Positions 40,101-49,485 of a stretch of DNA of 64,000 nt are shown here, piece by piece. The DNA lies in the IMG/VR virus record IMGVR_UViG_3300035228_001973, positions 55,042 through 119,041 of that record. One strand, given 5' to 3'. The stretch comes from a virus (lineage: Duplodnaviria; Caudoviricetes). How positions within the stretch are numbered: position 1 is the stretch's first letter; each line of letters starts with the position of its first letter. The notes below the pieces were generated by a model, which saw only the letters and a program-made list of their open reading frames with translations, was not told the origin of the DNA and did not search any database. A program made the position numbers and the translations under genes.

Positions 40101-40625
40101 ATTATTAATACATGCGACGTTAAATGAACTATCACAATTTTGAATACATATCGTACCAACATTATGTACAACATATCCGTCTAATAAATAATGAAATGGT
40201 CCGTGTAAACTAATTGAAATTAAATCCTCCTTATTGGTGGATTTTTCATAACTATAAATATTCTCTAACAATATACTGTCTTCCGTGATTCTTACTAATT
40301 TGTGGTCATCACCTAAGTATAAATTATTAACATTTTTAAATTCAAAAGTTTTATTTAAAGTATTATATACAAGTATTTCCTTATCCCTTAAAGATAGTTC
40401 ATTAATGGTTATATAATCTTGATTTTCTGTGGAAACTTTATTTACCTCAGATGAAGTAAACTCTAATTCATTAATTTCTTTACTTGACCAATATTTAGCT
40501 TCTTGAACGTCACCATCATTAGGTAAAACAATAGTTTGCAGAGACATACCCTCTTGAACATCTTCAATATTCAAAAGAGTACCATCAAGTAATAAAACTT
40601 TTTGACCTACTTTATATCCAACCAT
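34128..40625 (-). CDS. Giant mucin-like putative virion protein: N-terminal Hint domain, Cys-rich repeats, about 800 aa PT tract, C-terminal globular domain
   Basis: 2165 aa; residues 1-155 are Hint-like and end in YVVHN; CC/CxxC repeats; ([12 protein letters not shown])n. Confidence 0.8.
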   Translation of the reverse strand: MVGYKVGQKVLLLDGTLLNIEDVQEGMSLQTIVLPNDGDVQEAKYWSSKEINELEFTSSEVNKVSTENQDYITINELSLRDKEILVYNTLNKTFEFKNVNNLYLGDDHKLVRITEDSILLENIYSYEKSTNKEDLISISLHGPFHYLLDGYVVHNVGTICIQNCDSSFNVACINNTMNLAVGFNGFIDGNGSCWIPISDCPSCSPTVSFIGTIQSMWIGNGCVDCPGDSGTTPITPGDTQQLSAACKIKLRGCDQITGVCPSGELGGCTYPLDGLWVTVQTPSLFPCPFIGQVVTVNSPAPNDECCYLVTDVDSKAVSNTTVIINSVSEDCTDCCTGESPSNTPTPTPTPTPTVPEIIYSRYRAAKCCDDTFFLDVEAPSFTVLGSTFVINNECYELVALGGNGGPQVNPNSEQECKDCKLLFPCSEPSPSISPTPTQTPTPTTTVSYRGITLYDCCTSILSKNILVPSADAGNIVANNNVFFIDNCCYFANNVGGDGTDGVFNSPDFDDCDECYEKEVDCKYWTIELEDCCTEERIVVKLTVPCSDGITKPSVQYGGTHLKWLGDCYEITGESQGGAGEDGKLIPDDLFNSCESCGTCPSDTPTPTPTNTPTNTPTLTPTNTATVTPTNTPTNTPTLTPTLTPTNTPTNTATVTPSNTPTLTPTNTPTLTPTLTPTNTATVTPTNTATVTPTNTATVTPSNTPTLTPTNTATVTPTNTPTLTPTNTPTNTPTNTPTNTPTLTPTNTPTLTPTNTSTVTPTLTPTNTATVTPTNTPTVTPTNTPTLTPTNTATVTPSNTPTLTPTNTATLTPTLTPTNTATLTPTLTPTNTATLTPTLTPTNTATVTPTNTATVTPSNTPTLTPTNTPTLTPTLTPTNTATVTPTNTPTLTPTNTPTLTPTNTPTLTPSVTSTPDATITPTPTNTPTLTPTNTATVTPTNTATVTPTNTPTLTPTNTATVTPTNTPTLTPTNTPSLSPTLTPTNTATVTPTNTPTLTPTNTPTLTPTNTPTLTPTNTATVTPTLTPTNTATVTPTNTPTITPSVTSTPDATITPTPTNTPTNTPTNTPTNTPTNTVTITPTNTPTNTPSLSPTNTPTLTPTNTSTVTPTLTPTNTPTLTPTNTPTNTSTPTPTLTPTNTSTVTPTLTPTNTPTITPSVTSTPGATITPTPTNTPTNTPTNTPTNTPTNTPTNTPTNTPTNTPTNTPTLTPTNTPTNTPTNTPSLSPTLTPTNTVTNTPTNTPTNTPSLSPTNTPTNTPTNTPTNTATVTPTNTPTLTPTVTSTVTSTPAETLTPTPSNTPTLTPTNTPTLTPTLTPTNTTTVTPTNTTTVTPTNTPTLTPTNTPTNTVTPTPTITPTLTPTNTVTPTPTVTPGLSPSPTPTNTPTNTITPTNTPTNTVTPTLTPTPTSTLINDCDAIIIIGEDIKDITPTPTPTPTSTPQACITPVGGAVTFIIDDGYFDCGEVARLTNCDPNGREQEFYVTAPIPYTGGTVTSGTTFNGTIDGVEYCLTYEEEVDGSSTHILTSVNSIDADCLECTTPDPTPLPEIISVYERCGGVGCVETDISFGEQTDPDVIISNWVRFSNFAGINYPGAGESGLQINGTIITNDPNMYFYTGATTPPSSSNYLGVYSYPMFEGENTGPSGLSQNNADSGKFYYNDFINKFVVWYNVKGASNGWKWSTWNPTQDTGLAYGNPTATRFLTTSSNWSTSSLANSNLTVSGVSNTVVTAINKITDAGGVTKMIECSQNSGLMNGFYSTCGYNEYNHEVTLGSTATDNDTIGLVLAAFKDESGVYGPSGQTQTLYLMLNGDNNFARIVFNQNNNTQSFTDGSGNFNTIVWKSTSPFGSGNYNNKGQIRFKVIKTNTTISIYNTGKMGNGSGQIPIGSTNPYTLLVSIDLTDDSTWTDKPSYAVGDELERFTGGTRFGYLTSSQRQTQFYDIVFSGTQQTNTDTLYGLNVVNPGANNVSTFNEVPGCWEYVEDITGYVGPSYSLSLDTGYPNCTQCPSDDAPLPSQSPTPTPTPTPTTTPIDSPTPTPTTTTTPTPTPSSQPSGEFSAWISGGAIPCNTFCDIAYSINTPMTYDGVFYQPSFIYGLQDWGGNQDNPAWFAFRVDNGDGQTGEGNDNTYRVAKVEKETSGPNTGVYGAVTSLYGGECFATGDEDCIPL
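36400..38820 (-). repeat. Coding 12-bp-period degenerate repeat, ([12 protein letters not shown])n
   Basis: About 2.4 kb of GT-rich plus-strand repeats with varied synonymous codons. Confidence 0.95.
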
Positions 40626-40679
40626 ATAACTAAATACTTTCTATATAAATAATCGCATAAGCGATTTTGTGACATTTTA

Positions 40680-42350
40680 TTATGACTCTTTTCTTAATTT
40701 ACCATCATAGTGGTCAAATCGGTCATGTTCTGTTGGTGTAAGTAATAAAATACCGGGGTTTATATTACCCTTTACGGTTTCTTGAAAAATATATGACATC
40801 CAAGTCTGTTCAAATGGTCTTTCCCACTTTTCAGTTAAAAACATTTTTTTATTACCATATTTAGAGACCAATTGAGGCCAATTACAGTAATATATCTCAC
40901 CATGAGCATATGGTACACCATTAAAGGAGTCTATTTTAGTTAATTTAGTCTTAGGTGCGTTCGGGTCCAATCCTTGAACAGGTAAAATTGATTTTTCAGG
41001 CCAGTGACTTTCTCTAAATTCTTGAGGAACGTTGTACCACGCCCACTGAACTCTATTATCCCCATAAAACTCACTAAACGATAACTTCAAGAAGTCAAAA
41101 TTATTTTTTTTAGTAATATGTAGCGACTTTCTATATAACCCGTCAACAAACCTATTGAAACCATTTTTACCTACCTCACCTTTCTTGGGATAAAAAAACA
41201 TATCGTCTTCAAAAAAGAAATAATAATCATATCCCCTATTTTCCGCATCTTCGGCAACCCATTGTCTACCACCGCATATACCTAAATTATCTTTTTTAAC
41301 GTGAATTATGTCGTGTTCTTCACATAATTTTTTATATTCAGGAGTAGTCTTCAAATCGGTAGAATTGTCTAATAATATCCATTGAGGTTTTTCGATAAAA
41401 TCTTTATCATATTGATTCATCGACTTAATTAATGTTTTAACCTGATTAGGACTATTAAATGTTATAACATACAAACCAACATTATTAATATTTAAATCGT
41501 TACTCTTTAATTCCACTTTAGATTCATTTAAAACTTTATGTTTATTATTTTTCACGTCTTCAAAAAACTTACTTATTAAACCATTACTTTCGATTGGAAA
41601 ATATTGATACAAATCAGCGTGTCTATAAAGTAATATCGTAAATAGAGATTCCTCAGTACCCATATAACCTTCATTTAACGTACTTTTCATTAAATTATAG
41701 TATTGGTTATTAAAATCGGATATAGACTCAACTGGACCACCAAAAAACCCTCCCCTACATACCTTATCTACTTTAGACGATGTTAATTCACACATTTTTT
41801 TATAATTAAACCCATGAATTTCATTTTCAGCCTTATATGGGAAAGATATAAATGTTATTTTATCAATATTACCTAACTTATCAATAACTTTGTCATGGGT
41901 AAAATATCCGGAATGTACAGTATTCGTAATACCGGCATCTAACCAATATAAATGAGTCGATTTAAACCTATCCATTATCTTAGCGTCGTGCATTAAAAAT
42001 ACTTTAGACATCACAAGAGGGTTATACATGTCTAATTTAGATTGTGTCGATTCACCTAACCAACCCGCCTGAGCCCTCCATTTTTCTGATTGTCTTATTT
42101 CTGAAATTTTATCATAAAACTCATTTTTAAACCATTTTTGGTCCCTAACTATAAATTGAGTATTTTCTTTTGTTCTTTTTTTAAAAACAAACTCTTCAAT
42201 TTCCTTATCACCAAATATTATAAGATTATACGGTAAATCTAAAAATTGATTAAATTTTTCTAAATAATGTTCAAACGTTCGAGACCATCCTTCAGATAAT
42301 TCGTCTCTTTTTATATTCCATAAACCTGTTACTATCGTGATATTATCCAT
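40680..42350 (-). CDS. Two-domain glycosyltransferase (HtrL/YibB-like N-terminal domain plus GT-A/GT2-like C-terminal domain)
   Basis: ITIVTGLWNI, YWLDAG, RGGFFGG and GTEESLF in the N-terminal half; LYVITFN, DNS, NLGICGGR and FFEDD in the C-terminal half. Confidence 0.7.
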   Translation of the reverse strand: MDNITIVTGLWNIKRDELSEGWSRTFEHYLEKFNQFLDLPYNLIIFGDKEIEEFVFKKRTKENTQFIVRDQKWFKNEFYDKISEIRQSEKWRAQAGWLGESTQSKLDMYNPLVMSKVFLMHDAKIMDRFKSTHLYWLDAGITNTVHSGYFTHDKVIDKLGNIDKITFISFPYKAENEIHGFNYKKMCELTSSKVDKVCRGGFFGGPVESISDFNNQYYNLMKSTLNEGYMGTEESLFTILLYRHADLYQYFPIESNGLISKFFEDVKNNKHKVLNESKVELKSNDLNINNVGLYVITFNSPNQVKTLIKSMNQYDKDFIEKPQWILLDNSTDLKTTPEYKKLCEEHDIIHVKKDNLGICGGRQWVAEDAENRGYDYYFFFEDDMFFYPKKGEVGKNGFNRFVDGLYRKSLHITKKNNFDFLKLSFSEFYGDNRVQWAWYNVPQEFRESHWPEKSILPVQGLDPNAPKTKLTKIDSFNGVPYAHGEIYYCNWPQLVSKYGNKKMFLTEKWERPFEQTWMSYIFQETVKGNINPGILLLTPTEHDRFDHYDGKLRKES

Positions 42351-42964
42351 TACTCTTTTATTTTACAAACCCATACAACTTTATCAAAAGTTTCTTTCAT
42401 AAAACTTTTTAAATTATATTTTTCACATGTTTCTTTTATGTCTTCTTCCCCAATTTCTCTCCAATTCCAAATTTTATCCCTATAATTCTCTAAAAAGTTT
42501 TCTTTAGTATCTACATAGTCGTGAGCCATTATAATATCTCCACTTTTTAAGTACTTTGATAAGATTATAAATTCATTGACTTTACTTCCTCCATCACATA
42601 ATACTAATGTAGTCCCTTCTCGACCAATAAAAGATTCAACCATTTCTGGTTTTTCAATCTCTTTATATGAATGTGAAAAAATATTTTCAACAATAATTTC
42701 AATATTTCTCTTTCTCATTTCTGGAAACCATTTATGTTCTTTAACTTCAAAAGATTTAATATCTGTTTTTTCTAACCCTATCTCATCTAAAGTTTCTCTT
42801 ATTGAGAGTGTTGTCCCTCCGCCAGCAGTTCCAATTTCCACTATTTGTTTAGGTTTAATTTCTTTTAATAACTTTTCAAAAGCACCACTAACTTCCGGTT
42901 TTTGTTGCATTGTTAGTCTAAAATTTGGTGTTATTTTTGAAATATATGAAGTATGTCCTTTCAT
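42350..42964 (-). CDS. Class I SAM-dependent methyltransferase (CmcI/Methyltransf_24-like)
   Basis: IVEIGTAGGG motif I, LCDGG and LKSGDIIMAHDY. Confidence 0.8.
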   Translation of the reverse strand: MKGHTSYISKITPNFRLTMQQKPEVSGAFEKLLKEIKPKQIVEIGTAGGGTTLSIRETLDEIGLEKTDIKSFEVKEHKWFPEMRKRNIEIIVENIFSHSYKEIEKPEMVESFIGREGTTLVLCDGGSKVNEFIILSKYLKSGDIIMAHDYVDTKENFLENYRDKIWNWREIGEEDIKETCEKYNLKSFMKETFDKVVWVCKIKE

Positions 42965-42971
42965 TTTTTTA

Positions 42972-43970
42972 TTATATTAATTTTAATTTATTAATGACCA
43001 ATTCCGCACTTTTTGGCCATCTCATATTTTTATCATACCAATCTCTTTGATTTTTACTTATAAATTTTAAAAATTCGTCATCGTTTTTTACTTCGTTATA
43101 TTTAGAAATAATTAAATTTGTTACACCTTCATGACCATTTTTATCAAATTCTAAAAATGCGTGTTCTCTAGGTATTGTTATATAGTGATAATTAGGTATG
43201 AAAGCCTCATGTATCTCGCTTTTATATTCTATTCTTATATACGGAACACCAATCGCCATCATTTCAATATCTCTATAACAAAGCTCACCAGGGTGTTCAT
43301 TAGCACTATTAAACATATCAACATCCATATAGTGAGATAATGCAATTTTTTGTTTACTTAATTGATTAAGGTAAGTATCAATATGTATATTATTAGGGTC
43401 TAAATATTTTTTATCATATAGTAGTCTAACAACATTTCGGTACGCAGTTTTTTCATCACCTTTCCAACCACCACCTTTAAAGTACAACTTGTCATTTAAG
43501 ATATCAGTATTATCTCTAATTTCTCGGTGTTTATTAACATCAAAATCTTGAAAAAACCCGAAAATAAATGGATGTACCTTATCTAACTTATTCAATAGTC
43601 TATTTTTTTTTAAGTGTTCAACAATATATCTCCTACTAAAATGTGCTGACATTATACCTAAACATTTATCACTTTTTAGATAATGAACCACTTGCGATGT
43701 GAAATACTTAGTAAAAGTTATGACAATAAATTCGCCATTATCTAAATTTTCTGCAATAAAATCAACATCACTTAATGGTGGATTATTACCAAATTGACCC
43801 ACTTTAGATTGTAAATCTATTCTACCACTAAATGTGCCACCATCTTTATTATAATTAACTACTTCAACCTCTGAAAATTGCTTTAAAAATTCTATAAATT
43901 TTTTATACCAAGGTAAATGATACCTACCCCATTTTTCATTTTGAAACATATGTACTCTCAATTTTGCCAT
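42972..43970 (-). CDS. Putative GT-B glycosyltransferase
   Basis: LYFKGG, YLNQLSKQKIALS, GELCYRDIEMMAIGVP and PNYHYI resemble GT-B C-terminal motifs; sits in a GT operon. Confidence 0.6.
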   Translation of the reverse strand: MAKLRVHMFQNEKWGRYHLPWYKKFIEFLKQFSEVEVVNYNKDGGTFSGRIDLQSKVGQFGNNPPLSDVDFIAENLDNGEFIVITFTKYFTSQVVHYLKSDKCLGIMSAHFSRRYIVEHLKKNRLLNKLDKVHPFIFGFFQDFDVNKHREIRDNTDILNDKLYFKGGGWKGDEKTAYRNVVRLLYDKKYLDPNNIHIDTYLNQLSKQKIALSHYMDVDMFNSANEHPGELCYRDIEMMAIGVPYIRIEYKSEIHEAFIPNYHYITIPREHAFLEFDKNGHEGVTNLIISKYNEVKNDDEFLKFISKNQRDWYDKNMRWPKSAELVINKLKLI

Positions 43971-43981
43971 ATATATCTACA

Positions 43982-45250
43982 CTATAAATTTCCTGTTATT
44001 CGTTCACCCCAACCTTTAGACTCTGAAAATGGCCAAACCACCCAATACTTAGGTTTTTCAGCGGTTGGGAATTCTCTCCAAACTTTACAGTAACCTGCCG
44101 GGTCAGTCATCATTCGTTTAATCTCATTTTTATCCGCATCCTTTCTAAATAAAGTCTTATCATCTTCTCCATGAAATGCGACTACCCAATATTCATAATC
44201 TTTTTCAGGTACTTTATCAAACCCAACATCTATACAATGTTTAAATATTGAAGAAAAACTTTCTAACCACTTTTCCTCACTATCAAAATCTTTAATACCT
44301 GGATTTGGTGGGTAATTTTTATCAATAGTATGTTGTTGTATCGCTCTTTTTGAAAAAAGTAAACCTGAATACTCTTCATATTGTCTTAAAGTTCTTTCAG
44401 TACCAAATCCATAAATACCTTCGTGACCTTCTTGTTTTTCACCATCCATACCAAATAACTTTCTATTAGTTAAGTGCGAATGACTATTTTTTTCTCCCCA
44501 CGTACTATCGTCATCCCATTGTTTAGTTCTACCCTTACGAGTATACTCATGCCAAATCAATGTTTTATGTGGGTGAAATAAATCATACCCCCACGTAAAC
44601 GCTCTTACCGCTATTGATATTTCTTCTCCGTGAAAATAATATTCTGGATTATGTTGTACTTCTTCAGAAAACTGACCTAAAGTGAAACACATATGTGCCG
44701 AATAGAATCTTGAAGGTACAGGTATATCTAAATCTTTCCAATTCGGTATCGTTTCAGGTAAGAAGAAGACCGCACCTTCAGGGATAAATCTATCAAAAGC
44801 CATTCTCCATGGTTCCATAACTCTACCTTTAGGGTCATTATCGGGGTCATATGACGACACATAACCCGTTAATAATGGTTTAGGTATACCTAATTTTTGG
44901 AGGTCTTTGACCATCTTTATTAATTCCGTATCCCAATTCGGTGCAAATCTCATATGAGAATCAATTTGTAAAGTATACATTTCACCACCATAAAGTTGTT
45001 GAACTTGATTTCTAGCCCAACATACTCCTTTAGCTTCAGTATAAAGTACATCACTAATTCGGAACCTTTTATCGTCTCGATACTTATCTAAGTTATCAAA
45101 TCCGTCCTCAGGGTGATATTGCCTACAAATACCTAACACTAAATTCTGAGGTTTTTTAGCATTCTCCAACATATCCTCAATAGTCTTAACTAATTCAGGG
45201 TCTCTATATGCGGCTATTTGTACAAAAATTGTTTGTGGTTTACGAGCCAT
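43982..45250 (-). CDS. GT60-family (GlcNAc, PF11397-like) polypeptide alpha-GlcNAc transferase
   Basis: TIFVQIAAYRDPE, AKGVCWAR, YTLQIDSHMRF..NWD (DSH motif), FHGEEISIAVRAFTWGYDLFHP and WHEY match Gnt1/Gnt2-type GT60 enzymes. Confidence 0.85.
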   Translation of the reverse strand: MARKPQTIFVQIAAYRDPELVKTIEDMLENAKKPQNLVLGICRQYHPEDGFDNLDKYRDDKRFRISDVLYTEAKGVCWARNQVQQLYGGEMYTLQIDSHMRFAPNWDTELIKMVKDLQKLGIPKPLLTGYVSSYDPDNDPKGRVMEPWRMAFDRFIPEGAVFFLPETIPNWKDLDIPVPSRFYSAHMCFTLGQFSEEVQHNPEYYFHGEEISIAVRAFTWGYDLFHPHKTLIWHEYTRKGRTKQWDDDSTWGEKNSHSHLTNRKLFGMDGEKQEGHEGIYGFGTERTLRQYEEYSGLLFSKRAIQQHTIDKNYPPNPGIKDFDSEEKWLESFSSIFKHCIDVGFDKVPEKDYEYWVVAFHGEDDKTLFRKDADKNEIKRMMTDPAGYCKVWREFPTAEKPKYWVVWPFSESKGWGERITGNL

Positions 45251-45357
45251 TGTTTTTATTTTATTTAAAAGTTTATATTTTATTCTTATACTAAAAAATC
45301 ATATAAAAAAATCAATTGTAAAGAACTAAACACCATTTTCAGATATTTATAATTGAT

Positions 45358-45525
45358 ATGAAATTATTAAGAACAATAACAGAAATAGTTGAAGAAGCGG
45401 AAACTAATTATTATACCGCCTCTATAGAAACTAGTGACCCGAAAGAGCTTGAAGTTTTAGAATCCAAATTAAATGACAGTCTCAGATTATTAGAGATTTA
45501 TAAAGGCATAAAAAAAGAGGACTAA
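45358..45525 (+). CDS. Small acidic helical protein (55 aa)
   Basis: Hand-translated MKLLRTITEIVEEAETNYYTASIETSDPKELEVLESKLNDSLRLLEIYKGIKKED; TATTTATA 6 nt upstream and an AAAGAGG/CCTCTTT hairpin at the stop. Confidence 0.6.
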   Translation: MKLLRTITEIVEEAETNYYTASIETSDPKELEVLESKLNDSLRLLEIYKGIKKED

Positions 45526-45558
45526 ACCTCTTTATTATTATTTCTATTAATTTTGGTT

Positions 45559-46650
45559 CTATATTGAACTATCTCCTTGTGGATACTCCACCAACATCTT
45601 ATCAATATCTTTTCTTTCGGCTTGTATTAAGTAAAAACACTTAACTTTAGAACTTAAAATGTTTGAATTCCCTACGATTACGGTATTATCTACAATATCC
45701 TTAACAAATAAGTTTTGATGTGACCCAATAGGTGTTAACTGTACTGTTATTGTACTTTCATCGACTAATTCTAACCAATAATTTGGTAACTCAATAACTT
45801 TACTACTCTCTAATTTACCTCTTACATAAACACCGTGTTCAGGACCCTCTAATGAACCATGTCTTAAATTAAAACCATCTTTAGTTGGGTGAGGTATTAA
45901 GAACGACTTAGATGTAGCCTGTAAATTACCTAAACCGTCTACTTCAAAATTTTGTTTACCATTTTGGTCATAACCTTCAATTTGATTAGTGGTAGAGTTG
46001 GAACTACTTCGTATTTGAAGAACCGTAGTGTATGAATTATTCGCCTCAAGAAATAATCTTGGTCTGGTGCCAGTAATGACACTACTATTAGACTTATATA
46101 TTTTTGTTGCTTCAGCACTTGTGGCCGCAAATAATAAATCATTACCTGATTGATTTAACGTTCTTGCTGAACTTAATGTACCATTTGAACCATATATATT
46201 AGTATTTCCCGCAGATGTAATAAATCCCGCATCATTATTAAATGTTGATAAATTTATTTTTCCTGGAGCAATTTTAAATTGACTATTAGATGAATTAACA
46301 ATAGCGAAGAAGTCAGCGTTACTCGACACAGTTGTCGTAGTTAATTCTGAAAGGTCAACATTTAAAGTTATAGTACCACCTAATGATACCGTACCCCCAT
46401 CATCTAATAGAGTACCCGCAGTTACCGTAACTGATGAATTGTCAAGTGAAGCGTTTGGTATCGTACTAAAATCAACATTACCATTACCATCAGTCAATAA
46501 AGCTTGTTTAGCTGAACCATCACTTGTTGGAAATGAATAACTACCATTAAATTCTATCACTCCATTAGTGTCGATATTTATTCGTTCACTACCTCCTGAA
46601 GTTAAATCTAACCCTGTCGTATTATTATAATATAGTCCGTTGTCGGCCAT
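45559..46650 (-). CDS. Tail-fibre-like protein
   Basis: YSFPTSDGS..QALLTDGNG and C-terminal KSFLIPHP...LRHGSLEGPEHGVYVRG...LPNYW...TVQLTPIG, a module common at phage fibre ends. Confidence 0.7.
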   Translation of the reverse strand: MADNGLYYNNTTGLDLTSGGSERINIDTNGVIEFNGSYSFPTSDGSAKQALLTDGNGNVDFSTIPNASLDNSSVTVTAGTLLDDGGTVSLGGTITLNVDLSELTTTTVSSNADFFAIVNSSNSQFKIAPGKINLSTFNNDAGFITSAGNTNIYGSNGTLSSARTLNQSGNDLLFAATSAEATKIYKSNSSVITGTRPRLFLEANNSYTTVLQIRSSSNSTTNQIEGYDQNGKQNFEVDGLGNLQATSKSFLIPHPTKDGFNLRHGSLEGPEHGVYVRGKLESSKVIELPNYWLELVDESTITVQLTPIGSHQNLFVKDIVDNTVIVGNSNILSSKVKCFYLIQAERKDIDKMLVEYPQGDSSI

Positions 46651-46667
46651 GTTCTTTTTTTTATTTT

Positions 46668-46695
46668 GGCTATGGGAGAGAAATGAATCTCTCCC
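46668..46695 (-). promoter_or_regulatory. 5'-UTR hairpin followed by ATAGCC
   Basis: Minus strand GGGAGAGA-TTCATT-TCTCTCCC-ATAGCC, between TATTTAT (46714-46720) and ATG 46650. Confidence 0.55.
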
Positions 46696-46758
46696 GTTAA
46701 TTATAGTCTATTGATAAATAGTTTCAATACAATTTATATTGATTTTTTTTATCTTTAA

Positions 46759-48858
46759 TTAGATAACTTGTACCCAACCAAATGACTTAAAGATATATAC
46801 ACCTTCTCTACCATCAGTTTGATAAACCATCAATCCTGTTGCTGGTGAACCAATTGCTAATCTTTGAGTTTCTGTCATTCTTGGAAATAAGAAACCTTGA
46901 GTAGTTGATGATAATTCTAGTACCGATGACACTACTGGTGTGTTTGTACCGATACCAACATTAGAGTTAATCCTATCATAATGGAAATCTCCACCACCAA
47001 GTTGAACATCACCACCTGTAAAGGTTAATGCATTACCACTTTGAGTAACCGTTCTCGCTCCTGTTAATGTACCGTTAGATGTATAGATATTCTCTAAACC
47101 TGAACCAGCCACACTTATATCAAGTGTATCTGCTGCTCCACCACCTGATATCGATACAGAACCGTCTGTAGAAACAAATGTCAAAGTTCCACCTAAGTCA
47201 ACCTCTGAATTAGTTCCCGTAGTTCCCGCGAATGTTAGTGAATCATTAGCTAATCTTGCGTTTCCGATAGAACCATCAATTAATTCTGCCGTTACTGATG
47301 CTCCCGCACTAACTGCAAAGTCAATTTCTGATGAATCAACAAAATTAGCTACTTCAAACACTGAAGATAATACCTCACTATCAAAGTCAGAAACCTGAGA
47401 TGCTGTAATGTCAATTGTTACATCAGCCGCCGCAGTTAATCTACCTTGAGCGTCTACTGTAAATGTCGCTACTGTTGATGCGTCACCATAAGATGCCGCA
47501 GTTACTGCCGTATTATCAAGATTGAATGTTACTGTGTCAGTTGCTGAACCTACACCTGTAATACCTGTTCCACCTAAAAGTTGTAGAGTACCACCTAATT
47601 CAACTACTTGTCCAACACCACTATCACTAGATAAGTTAAATTGAAATCCTGAAGCAGTTACATCAGGTTTACCATTACTTAATGATAATGTTAATGTTCC
47701 CGTACTTAATGTTGCTCCTGTTACGAATGAATCCGAAACTTGTGAAGCATCTACTGTAAAGTCTAATGTACCTGAACCGTTATCAGCAATTACTACTGAA
47801 CTATCAGAAGATGAGAATGTTAATGTCCCACCTAAATCAACTGAACCTGTACCTGAAGTACCAGCAGTATTAATAGATGAATTCACTAAAGATGCCGTTA
47901 CTGATGCTCCTGCACTTACTGTGAAATCAATTCCCGCTGCACCTGTAGAATCAACAAAATTACCCGCCGTAAATACATCCGCCAAAACTTCAGTATTAAA
48001 ATCAGAAACCTGAGATGCTGTAATATCAATTGTTACATCAGCCGCCGCAGTTAATTGACCTTGTTGGTTAACTGTAAATGTTGCCACTGTTGATGCGTCA
48101 CCATAAGATGCCGCAGTTACTGCCGTATCATCAAGTGTAACTGTAATACTTAAACTACCATCATCTACAGTTGAAATACCTGTACCACCTAAAATATTAA
48201 GTCTATCACCGTTATACATTGTTGATGTACCTTGGTCACCTGTAGTTGCCCATTGGAATCCTGTAACGTCTATGTTAGCACCATCATTTCTTGTAAGTCT
48301 TAATGTACCTGACGCTGGTGAGTTGATTGCTCCACTAGTTACGAACGTATCAGTACCATCAATACCTGTGATTGTAATATCACTTTCTAAATTATCGTTT
48401 ATCGCTAAAGTAATCGTACCCGCGTTGTAAGTACCTGCAGTAATAAAAGGTAACTCAAAGTTACCTGATACTGTACCTGTACCTGATTGTGCAATACCCC
48501 ATGAAGTATCATAAGCTACACTTGTTAATGCGTCGATAGTAAATGTGGTATCAGCGATATCATTGTATGCGACTGATACTACATTTGAAGCTTCGGTTAC
48601 GTCTGTGACTACTGTACCAACAGCGATATCACTACGTGTTCCGACAACCCCGTTGCCATCTACCACCATAAAGTTCGTATTTGAACTTGACGATGGGATT
48701 CCTTCAAACCTAACACCTGCCGCGTCTACGTGGAAATCTGTACTCGGTGCAATTGTACCGAAACCAAATTGTCCAGCCGCGTCGATAATCATCCTATCAA
48801 CCGTACCCGTAGCGAACGTTAAACCTGAAGTTTGTAAATTTAAACCATTTGTTGCCAT
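46759..48858 (-). CDS. Fibre-like beta-repeat protein with internal duplication
   Basis: G/T/S/V-rich repeats; C-terminal VGIGTNTP...STTQGFLFPRMT..QR..I.SPATGLMVYQTD domain. Confidence 0.7.
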   Translation of the reverse strand: MATNGLNLQTSGLTFATGTVDRMIIDAAGQFGFGTIAPSTDFHVDAAGVRFEGIPSSSSNTNFMVVDGNGVVGTRSDIAVGTVVTDVTEASNVVSVAYNDIADTTFTIDALTSVAYDTSWGIAQSGTGTVSGNFELPFITAGTYNAGTITLAINDNLESDITITGIDGTDTFVTSGAINSPASGTLRLTRNDGANIDVTGFQWATTGDQGTSTMYNGDRLNILGGTGISTVDDGSLSITVTLDDTAVTAASYGDASTVATFTVNQQGQLTAAADVTIDITASQVSDFNTEVLADVFTAGNFVDSTGAAGIDFTVSAGASVTASLVNSSINTAGTSGTGSVDLGGTLTFSSSDSSVVIADNGSGTLDFTVDASQVSDSFVTGATLSTGTLTLSLSNGKPDVTASGFQFNLSSDSGVGQVVELGGTLQLLGGTGITGVGSATDTVTFNLDNTAVTAASYGDASTVATFTVDAQGRLTAAADVTIDITASQVSDFDSEVLSSVFEVANFVDSSEIDFAVSAGASVTAELIDGSIGNARLANDSLTFAGTTGTNSEVDLGGTLTFVSTDGSVSISGGGAADTLDISVAGSGLENIYTSNGTLTGARTVTQSGNALTFTGGDVQLGGGDFHYDRINSNVGIGTNTPVVSSVLELSSTTQGFLFPRMTETQRLAIGSPATGLMVYQTDGREGVYIFKSFGWVQVI

Positions 48859-48909
48859 TGTTATTTTGTTTTTTAATTGGTTATTATCCCTATTTTATTA
48901 GTAAGGCTG

Positions 48910-49362
48910 TTACAATACATTGACCCATCCTAAAGATTTATACATAAACATACCCTCTTTAGCGTTACTTGTGTTATCTGTACAATACACCAATAAACCT
49001 GGAAGGGGATTACTTATATTTAGTCTCTGTGATTGAGTCATTCTCGGAATTAAAAGTCCTTGACTCTCACTCGCTAATTCTAATAAGGCACATACAGGAG
49101 ACGAGGTCCCTGTACCGATTGATACTCCTGAATCACCACTAAATGTTAGGTGGTTAGTATCTTGGTCGACAATACGGTTACTATCAAGTGTACCATCGTC
49201 TGTATATATGTTGGTATTAGGTATCGTTGAAATATCTCTGTACTTTACCTCAGTACCATCAAGTACTAAAATAGAGTTGACGTTAACATCTAAGTCAACT
49301 GTCGAGATAAATGTCTTTCCACTTACCGATAATCCATGTCTTGTTACAAACTCTCTTGCCAT
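48910..49362 (-). CDS. Short fibre-like protein sharing its C-terminal domain with 46759..48858
   Basis: Likely start MAREFVTRHGL at 49362; QGLLIPRMTQSQRLNISNPLPGLLVYCTD. Confidence 0.7.
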   Translation of the reverse strand: MAREFVTRHGLSVSGKTFISTVDLDVNVNSILVLDGTEVKYRDISTIPNTNIYTDDGTLDSNRIVDQDTNHLTFSGDSGVSIGTGTSSPVCALLELASESQGLLIPRMTQSQRLNISNPLPGLLVYCTDNTSNAKEGMFMYKSLGWVNVL

Positions 49363-49380
49363 TTTATTTTTTTTTCTTAA

Positions 49381-49410
49381 GGCTATTGAGGGAAGGAGGA
49401 CTTCCCTCAA
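49381..49410 (-). promoter_or_regulatory. 5'-UTR hairpin followed by (A)TAGCC
   Basis: Minus strand TTGAGGGAAG-TCCTC-CTTCCCTCAA-TAGCC, about 18 nt before ATG 49362. Confidence 0.55.
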
Positions 49411-49485
49411 AATTTTAATTATTATTCTTTATTATTAAATAGATATTCTAAGTAATAACATTGGTTATTATAACTTTTATTTTAA

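Noticed and set aside
40161-40625. Classical splicing intein or homing element
   Set aside because: No N-extein, no Cys/Ser1, no +1 nucleophile and no endonuclease domain; kept only as a cleavage-type Hint candidate.
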